Assembly (NCBI GenBank): GCA_052035405.1
Contig: JBPOHQ010000002.1
Location: forward strand, 334-64,333
Direction: 5' to 3'
DNA: 64,000 nucleotides
Origin: Candidatus Nomurabacteria bacterium
GTDB lineage: Bacteria > Patescibacteriota > Minisyncoccia > Phycocordibacterales > UBA9973
Shown in pieces: positions 38,730-48,387 of the stretch. The notes below the pieces were generated by a model. It saw only the letters and a program-made list of their open reading frames with translations, was not told where the DNA came from and searched no databases. Within the stretch, counting starts at the first letter, position 1. Each line of letters opens with the position of its first letter. The translations under genes were made by a program, and so were the position numbers.

Positions 38730-39119
38730 ATGAAAAAAGTTTTGATTATTGATGATAATGAAATTTTCGCAAAGACATTGATAGACTCCCTTCCAAAGGA
38801 TGAATATGTAGCGACGCATGCATGGAATGGTTCAGAAGGGCTCGACGAACTCAAAAAAGATAAACCAGACATAATAATTCTAGATCTTATGATGCCTAAA
38901 ATGGGTGGACTTCAATTCTTAGAAGCTTTTAAAAAAGAAAACCCAGGAAGAAAAATCCCAATTTTAATATCTTCAGAACTTTCATCTACTAAAGACATCA
39001 GTGAAGCAGTCTCTGCTGGTATAGATATCGGTGTACGTGGCTACATAATTAAATCAACTCAAAACATGGATATGATTATTCGTACGATGGATAGTACTCT
39101 AAAAGAGTCTACTGTTTAA
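38730..39119 (+). CDS. single-domain response regulator
   Basis: LIIDD, DLMMPKMGG, YIIK. Confidence 0.92.
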   Translation: MKKVLIIDDNEIFAKTLIDSLPKDEYVATHAWNGSEGLDELKKDKPDIIILDLMMPKMGGLQFLEAFKKENPGRKIPILISSELSSTKDISEAVSAGIDIGVRGYIIKSTQNMDMIIRTMDSTLKESTV

Positions 39120-39139
39120 ACTAAAATTAATACATGTTA

Positions 39140-39166
39140 AAAAACACTCTAGCGTAGAGTGTTTTT
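39140..39166 (+). terminator. intrinsic terminator after the response regulator
   Basis: AAAAACACTCTA-gcg-TAGAGTGTTTTT. Confidence 0.8.
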
Positions 39167-39256
39167 AATATGGCGGGCTTGAGGTTTGGATTTCAGAACT
39201 TATAAATACAAAAAATTTAATTAAAGTAAGTATTACAGACATGATATAATAAAATC

Positions 39257-39668
39257 GTGAATAAAATAAACGTATATATTGATGGCAATAATCTCTATAG
39301 GTCTGCAAAAGAATTGGGTTTTGAGATTGACTACAAGAAATTCAGAGGATGGCTACGACAAAAATATAATGCCACTAATGTGTATCTATTTATTGGGCGT
39401 TTCAGTGGGTGAAAAGATTAAGGGCAATTGTGATGCTGAGCTTGTTTTAAAAACAGTGTCAGACTTTTATACTAAATCTTTTGACTCCTGCTTTCTGATA
39501 ACTGGCGACGGTGATTTTGGCTGCCTCGTTGAGTTTCTAAAAGAAAACAAAGTTATCAGCGGAGTGATTTCTCCAGATGAACATAAGTGCTCAATTTTGA
39601 TCAGAAACAAAAATATAGAAATTACTTTCTTAAACGACTTGTACCACAAATTCTCAAATAGAACCTAA
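39257..39668 (+). pseudogene. NYN (LabA/DUF88) ribonuclease gene disrupted by a frameshift and probable internal deletion near 39397
   Basis: The GTG 39257 frame gives NVYIDGNNLY...DYKKFRGWLRQKY...YLFIG then stops; another frame carries KGNCDAELV and ITGDGDF. Confidence 0.8.
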
Positions 39669-39729
39669 AAAGAAAAAGCCCCCAGTGTGGACGAATCCAC
39701 ACAAGGGTCTCTTTCATAGAGATGCTATA

Positions 39730-39758
39730 ACTATAGCACGGTTTGGAATACAACACAA
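39730..39758 (-). promoter_or_regulatory. antisense sigma70 promoter facing the NYN 3' end
   Basis: Minus strand TTGTGT-17 bp-TATAGT with extended -10 TGn. Confidence 0.5.
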
Positions 39759-39796
39759 GCATATTTAAAGCTCACAACATGCACAATGTTCACGAG

Positions 39797-39867
39797 CGGG
39801 CGATGAGAGAATCGAACTCCCGCCAACGGTTTTGGAGACCGTTGTTCTGCCACTAAACTAATCGCCC
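39797..39867 (-). tRNA. tRNA-Trp(CCA), 3' CCA not encoded
   Basis: Reverse complement GGGCGATTAGTTTAGTGGCAGAACAACGGTCTCCAAAACCGTTGGCGGGAGTTCGATTCTCTCATCGCCCG folds as a cloverleaf. Confidence 0.95.
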
Positions 39868-40077
39868 AAAACGGGCCCGAAGGCCCGAATCGGGAACGCA
39901 AAAAATTAAAAGATTAAGCGTTCCACTATATAGAATCGGATAAATCCGACCCCATAGTATGAAAGAACACGCAGCAAACAATTTGCCGCACCACCATTAT
40001 ACCTTGGCGGAGACCTTTTTCAAAGTTGTACTTAATATTTATGTATTGTTTAATTCTTATGGTAACCTGTATTTATT

Positions 40078-40362
40078 ATGAGTTATTATGCAGGCAAGGG
40101 AAATAAATATCCGCAAATACCAGAGATTGTCTATGATCTCCATGGGTACACGACTTTTGAATGTCAGGAAATTATAGACGAACTTATCTCTGAAAGAAAG
40201 TACTCTCATGTACGTCTTATTGTAGGGAGGGGGAGAAATAGTGCGAACGGTCCAGTCCTCCCAGACTTCGTCCGTGGATATTTAACTTCACATCATATTC
40301 GTTTTAATCAGTCAAAAATGTCAGATGGTGGTGAAGGGTCTCTGGAAGTATTTTTTAAATAA
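40078..40362 (+). CDS. Smr domain protein
   Basis: DLHG, IVGRGRNS, GGEGSL. Confidence 0.88.
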   Translation: MSYYAGKGNKYPQIPEIVYDLHGYTTFECQEIIDELISERKYSHVRLIVGRGRNSANGPVLPDFVRGYLTSHHIRFNQSKMSDGGEGSLEVFFK

Positions 40363-40399
40363 TGTAAAACATAAATTTCTTTTGTGTTAGAATCATTTC

Positions 40400-41779
40400 A
40401 TGACTCAAGATCAGGCACTTTTAATATTGAAAACAGGTGCGAACGTCTTTCTCACAGGTGAGCCAGGGGCAGGGAAAACATACACTATAAACAAATACGT
40501 CGCGTACCTACGAGAACACCAGATAGAGTCTGCGGTCACCGCAAGCACAGGTATCGCCGCGACTCATATAGGAGGGATGACGATACATTCTTGGAGTGGT
40601 ATCGGCATCAAAGAATCTTTGACTAAGTACGATCTAGACAAGATTACGACCAGTGAGTACATCAGTAAAAAGATATTAAAAACAAAAGTTTTAATCATAG
40701 ATGAGATATCAATGCTCCATGCAGATACTTTAGAGATGGTGGATGCGGTCTGTCGTGCAGTCCGTCAAAATGAAGAACCTTTTGGTGGACTTCAAGTCGT
40801 CTTTGTTGGAGACTTTTTTCAGCTTCCTCCAATACAAAAGAGAACTACAGAGCAAAAACAACAAGGTTTAATTCCCGAGAAGAAAGCTGTCTTTGCATAT
40901 GAATCACCTGCATGGAAAAGGCTTGCACCGGTGGTATGCTATATCAGCGAACAACACCGTCAGGAGGATGAATCTTTTTTAGAATTACTGCTTTCGATAC
41001 GTAAAGGAACTCTCGAAGAAGATCATTATGAATTTTTAAAAACTCGATATATCGAGCGAGAAGAAATGCCTGAAGAGGTGACCAAGTTGTATTCACACAA
41101 TGTAAATGTGGATCAGGTCAATGACCAAGAACTCGCAAAGATAGATGATGACGAAAAGAGGTTTGAGATGTTGTCTTCTGGGTCAGCCGCCCTCGTCACA
41201 GCACTCAAGAAAGGATGTCTCTCTCCAGAACTTCTTATCTTAAAAAAAGGTTCTGTCGTGATGTGTACTAAGAACAATCCAAAAGAGCATTATGTAAACG
41301 GCACATTAGGCACTGTTATATCTTTCGACTCTTTTTCTGGGTACCCGATTATAGAGACCAAGAAAGGCAAACGTATCACGGTGAGTCCTCTGGAGTGGAG
41401 CATAGAAGAAAACGGCAAAGTAAAAGCACAGATTAGTCAGGTGCCTCTTCGCCTCGCTTGGGCTATCACGGTACACAAGAGTCAGGGGATGAGTCTAGAT
41501 GGAGCTATTATGGACTTATCTAATGTCTTTGAATACGGGCAGGGATATGTAGCACTTTCTCGAATACGACGCATGGACGGATTGTATCTACTTGGCATGA
41601 ACGGTAAAGCCCTCCAGGTGCATCCGCTAATACTAGAGCAAGATAAAGTATTCCAAAGTGAATCCAAACAAGCAGAAAAGGTCTTCAGTAAACTTAAAAA
41701 AGAAGAAATAGAGAAAATGCATAAAAATTTCGTCACGTCGCTTAGCAGTAAGCAGGGGCCGGTCGAAGTAGATTTCTAG
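40400..41779 (+). CDS. PIF1-family (SF1B) DNA helicase
   Basis: TGEPGAGKT, IIDEISM, GDFFQLPP, LAWAITVHKSQGMSL, GQGYVALSR. Confidence 0.92.
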   Translation: MTQDQALLILKTGANVFLTGEPGAGKTYTINKYVAYLREHQIESAVTASTGIAATHIGGMTIHSWSGIGIKESLTKYDLDKITTSEYISKKILKTKVLIIDEISMLHADTLEMVDAVCRAVRQNEEPFGGLQVVFVGDFFQLPPIQKRTTEQKQQGLIPEKKAVFAYESPAWKRLAPVVCYISEQHRQEDESFLELLLSIRKGTLEEDHYEFLKTRYIEREEMPEEVTKLYSHNVNVDQVNDQELAKIDDDEKRFEMLSSGSAALVTALKKGCLSPELLILKKGSVVMCTKNNPKEHYVNGTLGTVISFDSFSGYPIIETKKGKRITVSPLEWSIEENGKVKAQISQVPLRLAWAITVHKSQGMSLDGAIMDLSNVFEYGQGYVALSRIRRMDGLYLLGMNGKALQVHPLILEQDKVFQSESKQAEKVFSKLKKEEIEKMHKNFVTSLSSKQGPVEVDF

Positions 41780-41814
41780 AAATATCACTACGTGCTTTAT
41801 GCTATAATTATGGT

Positions 41815-42213
41815 ATGAATAATTCTTACAATTGGTATTCGACTCTGATCAAGCCTACCTGGGCACCGCCGAGCTTTCTTTTTGGTCCGGTGTGGACTTT
41901 CTTGTACGCTATCATCGCGTATTCTTTTGGCTCGGTGTTTTTTAAATTCTACAAAGGAGGCCTTCCTTTCATTGTAATCCTGCCTTTTATATTGAACCTT
42001 ATTTTCAATTTCTCTTTCACGTATTTCCAATTCGGACTCAAGAATAACCTCCTTGCATCCATAGACATTCTCCTTGTCCTAATTACTCTCATCTGGGCAC
42101 TTGTCGCAATCTTCCCATATATGAAGTGGGTAGCCTTTCTAAACATCCCATATCTCCTCTGGGTGTCTTTCGCCACAGTCCTTCAGCTAACTATTACCTA
42201 TTTGAATAAATAG
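41815..42213 (+). CDS. tspO: TspO/MBR tryptophan-rich sensory protein
   Basis: WY..L.KP.WAPP..LFGPVW..LY; PYLLWVSFA. Confidence 0.9.
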   Translation: MNNSYNWYSTLIKPTWAPPSFLFGPVWTFLYAIIAYSFGSVFFKFYKGGLPFIVILPFILNLIFNFSFTYFQFGLKNNLLASIDILLVLITLIWALVAIFPYMKWVAFLNIPYLLWVSFATVLQLTITYLNK

Positions 42214-42295
42214 TGTTTGCTTTTATTTTTAAGTATGTTATAATCCTCAACTGAATTGTACACAAATTTTTTAAACTTTTTAAAAAAGCAACACT

Positions 42296-42436
42296 ATGCC
42301 TTTTGCCACCGTCTACGAAGAAGAAGTCCCAGCAGTTGAAGAAACTACAGAAAATGAAAAACCAGAAACCCCTGAAACTGAAGAAGTTTTAGAAAACCAA
42401 CCAAATATTCCTGTTTCTCAGGATCATTACGGATAA
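42296..42436 (+). CDS. 46-aa highly acidic small protein, not in the ORF track
   Basis: MPFATVYEEEVPAVEETTENEKPETPETEEVLENQPNIPVSQDHYG*; own promoter (TTGCTT 42217, TGnTATAAT 42239) and terminator. Confidence 0.6.
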   Translation: MPFATVYEEEVPAVEETTENEKPETPETEEVLENQPNIPVSQDHYG

Positions 42437-42457
42437 GGTAAAACCCAAATGAAAACC

Positions 42458-42488
42458 GCTAGCTCTACCAAGGGCTAGCTATTTTTTT
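42458..42488 (+). terminator. intrinsic terminator after the acidic small ORF
   Basis: GCTAGCTCT-acca-AGGGCTAGC followed by a T tract. Confidence 0.7.
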
Positions 42489-42536
42489 ACCTAGTTCGCA
42501 AAATAGGGTAAAAGTGTTAGAATGTAAATATTTACT

Positions 42537-44450
42537 ATGAAAAAACAAACAAGCAGAACCAATATTAAAGAAAAGATCTTAAAAGAAAGTGCGAATATTC
42601 TACAAAAATTATCTCAAATAAAAGGACGAGCAATGCTTCAATGGTACGAAAAAAGTGCTCTAAAAAGTATTGAATGGTTCCCTGCACAAGAAAAAGAAAT
42701 GTATGGAAACCCAAAAGCTACTGATTGGAATAAGTTATTTTGGGGAGACAACAAACAGGTCCTTGCTCACTTGCTCAAAGAATATCGTGGCAAGGTTGAT
42801 TTGATATACATTGACCCTCCTTTTGATAGTAAGGCGGATTATGTTAAGAAAGTAAAACTTAACGGTCAAAAACTAAACGGCGTTGAACAAAGTGTTATTG
42901 AAGAGATGCAATACACTGATATGTGGGAAAAAGATGAGTATCTTCAGTTTATGTATGAACGTTTAATAGTATTACGTGAGTTACTTGCTGATACTGGTTC
43001 TATATATTTGCACTGTGATTGGCATAAAAACTCACATCTTCGTTTAATAATGGATGAGATTTTCGGAGAAGAAAATTATAAAAATGAAATTGTGTGGCAT
43101 TACGGGACATATGTGGGTCAAACAAGTAAAAACTTTCCTAGAAAACACGACACACTGTTACTTTACTCAAAGAGTGATGTGTCAACTTTTTATTTACAAA
43201 GGAACGATGATCCAGAGATAGATGCTAACTATAAACGTTGGAAAAAATATTTTAATAAAAATAATGAGATAGTGGGTTCTAATTATCCTTCAGACGATAC
43301 AAAATTTAGTGGATATGTAAAAAGATTTATTGAAGAGAATGGATATGAACCAAAATCAGAAAAAGATGTTGTGTTGACTGTTGAAGGCAAACTTGTGGAT
43401 TCATTTTGGGATATTCAATCAGTAAATCCAATGTCTAGTGAAAGAACAGATTATCCAACACAAAAACCAGAAGAGTTGCTTGAGCGTGTAATAAAAGCAT
43501 CTTCAAAAGAAGGAGATTTAGTTATGGATTGTTTTTCTGGTTCAGGAACTACTCTTGCTGTTGCAGAAAAACTTGGTCGTAGATGGATAGGTTGTGATAT
43601 AAACAAAAGTGCGATAATTACAACAACAGAACGTTTGAATAAAATAATCAAGGAGCAAGGAAATAAAACTGCATTCAAGGTTCTCAATGTAAACCATTAC
43701 GATGTATTTACAAATGAAATCCAAGCAAAACAATTACTCATAGAAACATACAAAATAGACGAGCTTTCTCGTGGGGATTTTGATGGTACTTTGGGTGCTG
43801 ATTATGTAAAAATAATTTCCCCAAACCGTGTACTTAGTAAGATGGATATTTCACTTGTTATAGAAACCATAAAGAAAAACAAAGACCTTTTTATTGTAAA
43901 AAAAGTATCAAAACAAAAAGAAGCTACTTTTGAAAACAAAGTAATTGTTATTTGTAGTGGTGCAGAGCTCGATGTTCGTGACTTTGTAAAGAAAGAAAAC
44001 AATACAGGTGTTGAGATAGAAATACGAGACATACAGATAGATAAAAAAGAACTTGATTTTAAAAAGCCAACAGAAGCTGTTATTTCTTATGTTGTCAAAG
44101 GAAATAAACTTATTGTAGATGTAAAAGATTATTATTCTCCTTTACTGATGAAGCGTTTAGAGCTTGAAAATGAAAAGCGTTTATCAATGACAGAGCGTGT
44201 ACAACTATTTGATTACAGACAAGCTCTTGAGCATGTTGTGATTGATGTGAACTATGGAGAAGGTCAAAAAAAAGGTAGTGATATTTCTTTCAATGCAGAG
44301 ATATTTGCACATAAAGAAAAGAAAAATGAACTTGTAGAAACTATCAATGAATATACCTATGGAAAAAAAGGTACATATACCGTGGCGGTAAAAATAGTCG
44401 ATGTTCTTGGTGAAGAATACTTTGAAACAAGCGTTATAACTATCAAATAA
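42537..44450 (+). CDS. type III-like R-M DNA methyltransferase (Mod, beta class)
   Basis: LIYIDPPF precedes YPTQKPE and DCFSGSGTT. Confidence 0.9.
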   Translation: MKKQTSRTNIKEKILKESANILQKLSQIKGRAMLQWYEKSALKSIEWFPAQEKEMYGNPKATDWNKLFWGDNKQVLAHLLKEYRGKVDLIYIDPPFDSKADYVKKVKLNGQKLNGVEQSVIEEMQYTDMWEKDEYLQFMYERLIVLRELLADTGSIYLHCDWHKNSHLRLIMDEIFGEENYKNEIVWHYGTYVGQTSKNFPRKHDTLLLYSKSDVSTFYLQRNDDPEIDANYKRWKKYFNKNNEIVGSNYPSDDTKFSGYVKRFIEENGYEPKSEKDVVLTVEGKLVDSFWDIQSVNPMSSERTDYPTQKPEELLERVIKASSKEGDLVMDCFSGSGTTLAVAEKLGRRWIGCDINKSAIITTTERLNKIIKEQGNKTAFKVLNVNHYDVFTNEIQAKQLLIETYKIDELSRGDFDGTLGADYVKIISPNRVLSKMDISLVIETIKKNKDLFIVKKVSKQKEATFENKVIVICSGAELDVRDFVKKENNTGVEIEIRDIQIDKKELDFKKPTEAVISYVVKGNKLIVDVKDYYSPLLMKRLELENEKRLSMTERVQLFDYRQALEHVVIDVNYGEGQKKGSDISFNAEIFAHKEKKNELVETINEYTYGKKGTYTVAVKIVDVLGEEYFETSVITIK

Positions 44451-44454
44451 TTGT

Positions 44455-47055
44455 ATGCAACCATTCGTACAAGAATTACAAAAAATGGTCAGAGTATGGA
44501 GTGAAGATGGGTATGAAGGTATCTATCCAGAGACACAAAACATTCTCACTCATATCAAAAGCAATAACTTTCTTCACGAACCACAACGTGAGGCTTTTGA
44601 GACGTACATATATCTCAAAGAAATACAAAACAATAAGTCAGTTCCACAAATTGTTTCAATGATGGTAAAAGATAACAAAGAGCTGCTCCGTGCTCTTGGT
44701 TTTACAGCTGATATAATAGAGCTTTTTGATGATCTTGCAGAAGAGAAAAAAGTGGATCGTATTGAAAAAAAACTTTCTGAACTTGGCTTTGCAGAATATG
44801 GTTATGCAAACTATGTGTTGGCTCTTACTATGGGTGCGGGTAAAACTATTTTAATGGGGGTGTTGATGATGTATGAGTTCATTATTTCCTACAAACACGA
44901 CACTGATACACGATTTGCAAAAAACATTCTTCTCTTTGGTCCTGCTGATACAGGTATCATCGAAGTACTCAAAGAAGTAAAAAACTTTGATTACAGTTCG
45001 GTTATACCTCGTGAATATGATGATATATTGCTTAATATCAAGTATTGGTATTTAGAAAAACCAGAAACACCTTTGAACCCTATTGGTAATTACAATGTAA
45101 TAGTCACAAATTCATCAAAAATTATTATCCGAAATTGGAAGGACACACATAAAGGAAACACTCTCTTTGATTTGCGTAAAGATCCTGTAAATAAGCGTTT
45201 AAGAGCATTACAAGGGCTTGAGAGTCTTGCTGTTTTTGTAGATGAAGCTCATCACTCATATGGCGATGATGTGTCTGAAAAACTCAATCAATCTCGTCTT
45301 ACTATTGCTCACCTTGCAGAACAAACAAACGTCATAACTGTGGCAAACTTTACAGGTACACCCTATGTTCAAAATAAAATGCTTTCTGATACTATCTATA
45401 CTTTTGGACTTCAGCAAGGCATGGAAAAAGGTATCTTGAAACTTGTTGAAATTACTAATCACGGTAGAACAGAGGATGTTCAATCGGAGGACTTTGTGAA
45501 TAGCGCGATAAATACATTTTGGAAAAAATATGGAGACACTCGTATAGAAGACAGACTTCCAAAAATTGCTTTCTACACCACAGACATTACAATGCTCGAG
45601 AAACTTGAAACTAATCTCGATAAAGCACTCCGTAAAAATAAAATTGACCTCTCAAAAAAACTAGTCTGGCACTCTACTTTTACAGGAGATAAAAAGAAGG
45701 ATGCTGATTATGAGTTTAATCGTTTAGATACATCAGAGAGTCAAAAGCAATTTGTGTTGCTTGTAAATAAAGGGACAGAAGGATGGAACTGTAAGTCACT
45801 TGTAGCTGTAGCATTATATAAAAACTCAACAAGTAATAACTTTGTACTTCAATCAACTTGTCGTTGTCTTCGTCGTATTGGAGACAATAGCACAAAAGCT
45901 CATATTTTCCTTTCAGATGAAAATTATCAAGTTCTAGATCGCGAGCTTAAGAGTAACTTCAGTACTAGTATTTCATCTCTTACAGGCAAACAACAAGCTG
46001 AGGTTCAAGTGGACCTTATTGTTGAAAAAAGACATACAGTAAAAATAAAAAGAAAACTTACAGAAATACTTTCATCACAAAAGGTATCTCCAGAAAAGAT
46101 TGTTATAGACCTAAAAAAGATGCCTGAGAAAAAAATTATATCTATTATTCAAGGACGAGAAATAACACTCAATAATGAGGGTAAAGCTATATATAATGAT
46201 CCTGTTACAATAACTTCAGAAGACACTCAAGAAGAGGTTCGAGTGTTTGGGTATTATGATGTAATAGCGCTCATTCAGAATAAGACACATTTCTCATACG
46301 TTGAAATTAGTAAGGTTTTAGAAGCAAATAGTATTACTAAAGACAAACTTATTAAGGCAGTAGGAAAGAATTACCTATTTATTTATGGCATTGCGGATCA
46401 GATACTTTCTCAATCAATCAAATATACAAAGAAAGTTACTGAAATAGAGCAAGAAATAGAATTAACAAAAGCATTCCCTTTTAAAATTACTGTCAAAAAA
46501 GATTTACACGAAACAGATGAACAAGCATTTTCTCGTAGTCTGGTAGTATCTCGTGAACAAGAAGATACTGAAGGGAGAACCTCTCGTCTTGGTTTTCATA
46601 TTAATCCATATAATTTTGATAGTGCAGACGAGCTTGAAATGTTTCGTTACTTACGAGCAAACCTTAAAGACGGTGAACTTGTAAATGATGTATATTTTAC
46701 AGGTGGTGTCACTAACGAAAAACATAACGAGTTCTATTTTGAGTATCAAAAGAACCTTACTGATGGAGATCGTATTTCAAAATACTTCCCAGACTTCTTA
46801 ATAGAAACATCTTTTGGAAGACATCTAGTGCTCGAAGTAAAAGGTGGTGACGAAGAATTGACCTATAAGTCAGAAAAAGCAAAATACAACAATGGTACCC
46901 TTAAAAAGGGTGATATAACTAGCGACCCTTTAATGAAAGAAATCGGTTTTCAAGAGTTTCAAGAACTCAACAAAAACTTTGAGTATCACATTACCTTTAA
47001 AGGAAGGATGCTTCCAGAACAGCAATCAATAGTTCAAAAAATAAACAATTTGTAA
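44455..47055 (+). CDS. type III-like restriction subunit (Res): SF2 helicase plus PD-(D/E)xK nuclease
   Basis: TMGAGKT, DEAHH, TGTP, EGW, QSTCRCLR, PDF...EVK. Confidence 0.85.
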   Translation: MQPFVQELQKMVRVWSEDGYEGIYPETQNILTHIKSNNFLHEPQREAFETYIYLKEIQNNKSVPQIVSMMVKDNKELLRALGFTADIIELFDDLAEEKKVDRIEKKLSELGFAEYGYANYVLALTMGAGKTILMGVLMMYEFIISYKHDTDTRFAKNILLFGPADTGIIEVLKEVKNFDYSSVIPREYDDILLNIKYWYLEKPETPLNPIGNYNVIVTNSSKIIIRNWKDTHKGNTLFDLRKDPVNKRLRALQGLESLAVFVDEAHHSYGDDVSEKLNQSRLTIAHLAEQTNVITVANFTGTPYVQNKMLSDTIYTFGLQQGMEKGILKLVEITNHGRTEDVQSEDFVNSAINTFWKKYGDTRIEDRLPKIAFYTTDITMLEKLETNLDKALRKNKIDLSKKLVWHSTFTGDKKKDADYEFNRLDTSESQKQFVLLVNKGTEGWNCKSLVAVALYKNSTSNNFVLQSTCRCLRRIGDNSTKAHIFLSDENYQVLDRELKSNFSTSISSLTGKQQAEVQVDLIVEKRHTVKIKRKLTEILSSQKVSPEKIVIDLKKMPEKKIISIIQGREITLNNEGKAIYNDPVTITSEDTQEEVRVFGYYDVIALIQNKTHFSYVEISKVLEANSITKDKLIKAVGKNYLFIYGIADQILSQSIKYTKKVTEIEQEIELTKAFPFKITVKKDLHETDEQAFSRSLVVSREQEDTEGRTSRLGFHINPYNFDSADELEMFRYLRANLKDGELVNDVYFTGGVTNEKHNEFYFEYQKNLTDGDRISKYFPDFLIETSFGRHLVLEVKGGDEELTYKSEKAKYNNGTLKKGDITSDPLMKEIGFQEFQELNKNFEYHITFKGRMLPEQQSIVQKINNL

Positions 47056-47110
47056 TATTATAAATTATAAAAATTAAGGAATATCTTGAATAAGTAGTTT
47101 AAAAATCTTT

Positions 47111-47941
47111 ATGAAAAATACTGTTATCGAAATACTCTTACCAAATAGTGACCCTAATGGTCTTCGTATTGTAAAACTTGCCGGGTGGATTGGTAGGGCA
47201 TTTATTGTACCCAGAACAGAAATTAAGCAAATCAAAACTCTTAGAGAAGCAAATTTTCCTGCGGTGTATTTTCTTTTTGGAGAAGGTGAGAATGGCCCCC
47301 TCGTATATATTGGACAAACAGACAATTTCGATAGACGAATGAATCAGCAATCAGTAGGGAAGGATTATTGGGACATTGCCCTGGTTTTTACTGGTGAGTC
47401 TGAAATTGATGTCCAATACCTAGAACGTGTGTGTACTGAAGTTGCACAACGAGCAAAACGTTACGAAATTAAAAATGGAACCGGAACTCCAGGTAGAAGT
47501 ATTTCTGACTTTCAAAAAGTAACACATGAAGATTTTTTTGAAAAAATGTCCTTTGTAGCTACTCTTTTAGGATATCCTATTTTTGAGAGTATAAAAGAAT
47601 CATTGTCGGGTGAAAAGATTTACTTTTTGAAAACCAAAGAAGGAGTTGATGCACGAGCTCAATTGTTGGCAGACGGTAGTTTAAATGTACTAAAAGGTTC
47701 ATTGGCAAGAATTCGAGAGACAGTTGCATTTTGGGGCTGGTCATTAGTAGCTAGAAAAAAGTTTTTACAAGACGGAATTCTAGTTGATAATGGTGATGGT
47801 GTTTCTTATAAATATACCAAAGACGTACTTTTTGACAGCCCAACAGCTGCCGCGGCAACCACTCTAGGTAGTCCTGTTAATGGTTGGACTGCATGGAAAG
47901 ACGAAAAAGGGAATACATTAGATCAAAATTTAAGGAAATAA
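47111..47941 (+). CDS. GIY-YIG nuclease with a DUF4357-like C-terminal domain
   Basis: AVYFL...VYIGQT...R; FDSPTAAA...NGWTAWK. Confidence 0.82.
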   Translation: MKNTVIEILLPNSDPNGLRIVKLAGWIGRAFIVPRTEIKQIKTLREANFPAVYFLFGEGENGPLVYIGQTDNFDRRMNQQSVGKDYWDIALVFTGESEIDVQYLERVCTEVAQRAKRYEIKNGTGTPGRSISDFQKVTHEDFFEKMSFVATLLGYPIFESIKESLSGEKIYFLKTKEGVDARAQLLADGSLNVLKGSLARIRETVAFWGWSLVARKKFLQDGILVDNGDGVSYKYTKDVLFDSPTAAAATTLGSPVNGWTAWKDEKGNTLDQNLRK

Positions 47942-47953
47942 TTATATTAAGTT

Positions 47954-48385
47954 ATGAATAAAGAAGAAAAAGAAAATAAAAAAGAAATCGAAAAAATGTT
48001 AGAGTTGTCAAATAAAAAATTTTGGAATTCTTTGAATGAGCAACAAAAGAAAGCTGTTGTTGATAAGTATTATACTTTAAGAAGTATAGAACACTTGAAC
48101 ATAGATAAGGTGTTGGAAATAAATTCCAATCTTCGTTTTAATTTTTATATTTTGTTTTTAGGACTAGGACTAGGGGTTTTTGGAAATATGTTCGCAGAAA
48201 TAATTTCAAATTTTTTAAAACTAACCTTCGGATCTATTTTTTATAATTGTTTTACAATTGCACTCTTTGTATTTTTGCTAATTCTGGGGTTTAGAGAAAC
48301 TAGAAAAGTTGGGGCTGAGCATTTAGGTGAAAATAAAGTATTAGAACATTTATTAGATTTAGTTAAAAAAGATAATATTAAATAA
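47954..48385 (+). CDS. hypothetical 2-TM protein
   Basis: 143-aa ORF with two hydrophobic helices. Confidence 0.6.
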   Translation: MNKEEKENKKEIEKMLELSNKKFWNSLNEQQKKAVVDKYYTLRSIEHLNIDKVLEINSNLRFNFYILFLGLGLGVFGNMFAEIISNFLKLTFGSIFYNCFTIALFVFLLILGFRETRKVGAEHLGENKVLEHLLDLVKKDNIK

Positions 48386-48387
48386 TT

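Noticed and set aside
39279-39396. N-terminus of the 129-aa ORF in the track
   Set aside because: Wrong frame; the real NYN N-terminus (YIDGNNL) is in the frame starting at 39257
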